NCBI GenBank assembly: GCA_013239625.1
Contig: MU053513.1
Location: forward strand, 1,600,927-1,664,926
DNA length: 64,000 nucleotides
From: Lama guanicoe
Taxonomy: Eukaryota
Direction: 5' to 3'
This document shows, in pieces, positions 62,306-64,000 of the stretch. Position numbers and translations under genes: made by a program. The notes beneath the pieces were generated by a model that was not told the DNA's origin, did no database searches, and was given only the letters and a program-made list of their open reading frames with translations. Each line of letters starts with the position of its first letter. Position 1 is the stretch's first letter.

Positions 62306-62466
62306 GAGGTGAAACCATAAAAAGCATAAGCCAACAGTCGGGTGCAAGAATAGAACTTCAGAGAAATCCTCCACCTAATGCAGATCCTAATATGAAGTTA
62401 TTTACAATCCGTGGCACTCCTCAGCAAATAGACTATGCTCGGCAACTCATAGAAGAAAAGATTGGT
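62306..62466 (+). CDS. FUBP1: FUBP1 exon 14 (KH4); gene continues beyond window
   Basis: tttag|GA; (G)[56 protein letters not shown]|gtgagt; 161 nt. Confidence 0.97.
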
Positions 62467-62889
62467 GTGAGTATGCTTTAAGCTTTCAATTGATAGTACA
62501 GACCCTGTAAGTTAAATACAATGTGAATTCAGATGCTCCTATAAGTGCTATACAGAAAAATGTCGATTTCTACTCTAAAATTACAGATTTCTTCACATAA
62601 CAGATGCATGCAACATAGAAAAGATTGTCCAGCTATAAAAATAACCCAGTTACATACACAGGTACAGGTGTTCTAAACCTTTTTTATTTGGGTTTGGTAA
62701 GTAAGGGAGGGTAACATTACTTGAAGTTCAGACAGTAGGGTTGGTAGTGGGTTGTGGAGTGTACTTGAAGGAGATAGTTAACAGGAATTTAGTATTTATT
62801 AAGGGCTTACTTGCTTAACCCTGGTGAGTGAGGCAAAGGTGAATCAGATATATCCCTCCCACATTAAAAATAGAAATTTACAAATCCTA

Positions 62890-63055
62890 ATTCTTAGACT
62901 GACTGAGAGTCATCTGGGGAGTTTTAAAATGCAGACTACTTGGGTGCTTTCCACCTCTACAAATAACCGTTCCAATTCAGAATGTCTGCATTAGGCCCAG
63001 CGTCTAATTCTAGAAGGATGTTCCAGGTGATTCTGATGCATGACCAAATTTGGAA
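62890..63055. mobile_element. MER5A-like fragment
   Basis: catctggggagttttaaaatgcagact...aattcagaatgtctg...ccaggtgattctgatgca. Confidence 0.55.
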
Positions 63056-63547
63056 TTTTTTCCTCCAGAAGAAGTTTGCTGGTGGTAGTACCAAAAAAGT
63101 ATGAAGAGTATTGACTGTGCTTTCTTGTGAATGAAGCAAATTGTGCTTTACTGTTTTCTCTTACTGTGAAGAATTAACATGTGTGTGAGGGAGCATCTTA
63201 AATTATTAATAATAATTAGAATTTCTTAGGAAAGTTCTCCTTGATGTTTGCCATGCTGTGAATGGAGTGTTTCTTTCTGCTTGGGAACACAAAAAATAAA
63301 TGTACAAAAGACACTTAAGAATATCTTATAAAAAGATACACAAGCATTCTAAGTTCTGTGGTATGGAAAGTAAGTGGAATTGTTCAAAAAAAATTAAGAA
63401 AATAATTCGTTGGACTCAGTAATGGCAGGAATTGATGCCAGAAAAATGGATGATGCATCTTGGTTTTGTATTTTACTGTTAGCATGCATGGATCAGGATT
63501 GCTTCTGGATTAATGGACAAACAAGACAGAAGGTTCTAGAGAAACAT

Positions 63548-63745
63548 TTATAGTGGTTAAGATCAGGAACTCTGGAGTCAGGCCATTTGGGTTCAAAATA
63601 CTCTGAATCATTTACTGGCTGTGCGACCTTGGAAGAAGTTGTTTATACTCCTCTTTGCCTCTTGTTCCTCCTTGGTACTTTATATTATAGGGTTATAGGG
63701 ATTAAATGAATTATGTATGTGCCTGGCACAAAGCCCTGTTAAAAA
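63548..63745 (+). mobile_element. MIR SINE
   Basis: tatagtggttaaga...ctctggagtcagg...gggttcaaa...tgtgcgaccttgga...gattaaatga. Confidence 0.75.
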
Positions 63746-64000
63746 TGTTGCTTTTTTTATTTTTCCAGTAATTTTTTTTTGCTATTTGGGAAGGATAGGT
63801 TATGGATAATAGAAGTGAGGGATAATGACAGCAGTTAAAGGCTTAAAGAGACAGGTTAATAAAGGAACTTTAAGTCATGAAGTTTAGCTTTATTATTTTA
63901 TAGTGAGAAAATTGAACAAAAATACTTAATCTGTATTTGGTTGTCAGATTGTCACATGGTTAATATTAACTTCATGAAAGGAATGTTTTATTTTAAAATT

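Noticed and set aside
1..64000. CRISPR arrays, operons or other prokaryote-type systems
   Set aside because: The sequence is spliced mammalian DNA; no regularly spaced repeat-spacer array was seen.

Overview
Mammalian genomic DNA, probably camelid: the young SINEs are tRNA-Ala(AGC)-derived and Vic-type, and I saw no Alu, B1 or Bov-tA elements. The window holds two head-to-head genes. DNAJB4 lies on the - strand with a complete 3-exon CDS (21867->13255; 211+569+234 nt = 337 aa + stop). FUBP1 lies on the + strand, with coding exons 1-14 (49613->62466, 1344 nt, through KH4) and the gene continuing past the window end. A CpG-island promoter sits at ~49.0-50.1 kb. The rest is intron or intergenic DNA rich in SINE, L1, L2, MIR, LTR and DNA-transposon remnants. 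Most notable: (i) a 3' splice site 31 nt upstream of the DNAJB4 ATG plus - strand exon signals at the FUBP1 CpG island, suggesting a shared bidirectional promoter 27 kb away; (ii) in FUBP1 intron 2, an in-frame 63-nt cassette exon with a GC donor beside a candidate stop-containing poison exon; (iii) a GC-AG intron splitting the KH4 GxxG loop; (iv) a U6/L1 chimeric retrocopy; (v) SINE and L1-tail dimers each bracketed by one target-site duplication (TSD). I found no evidence for a wholly new biological system. Repeat subfamily names are by-eye recognition and repeat boundaries are approximate.
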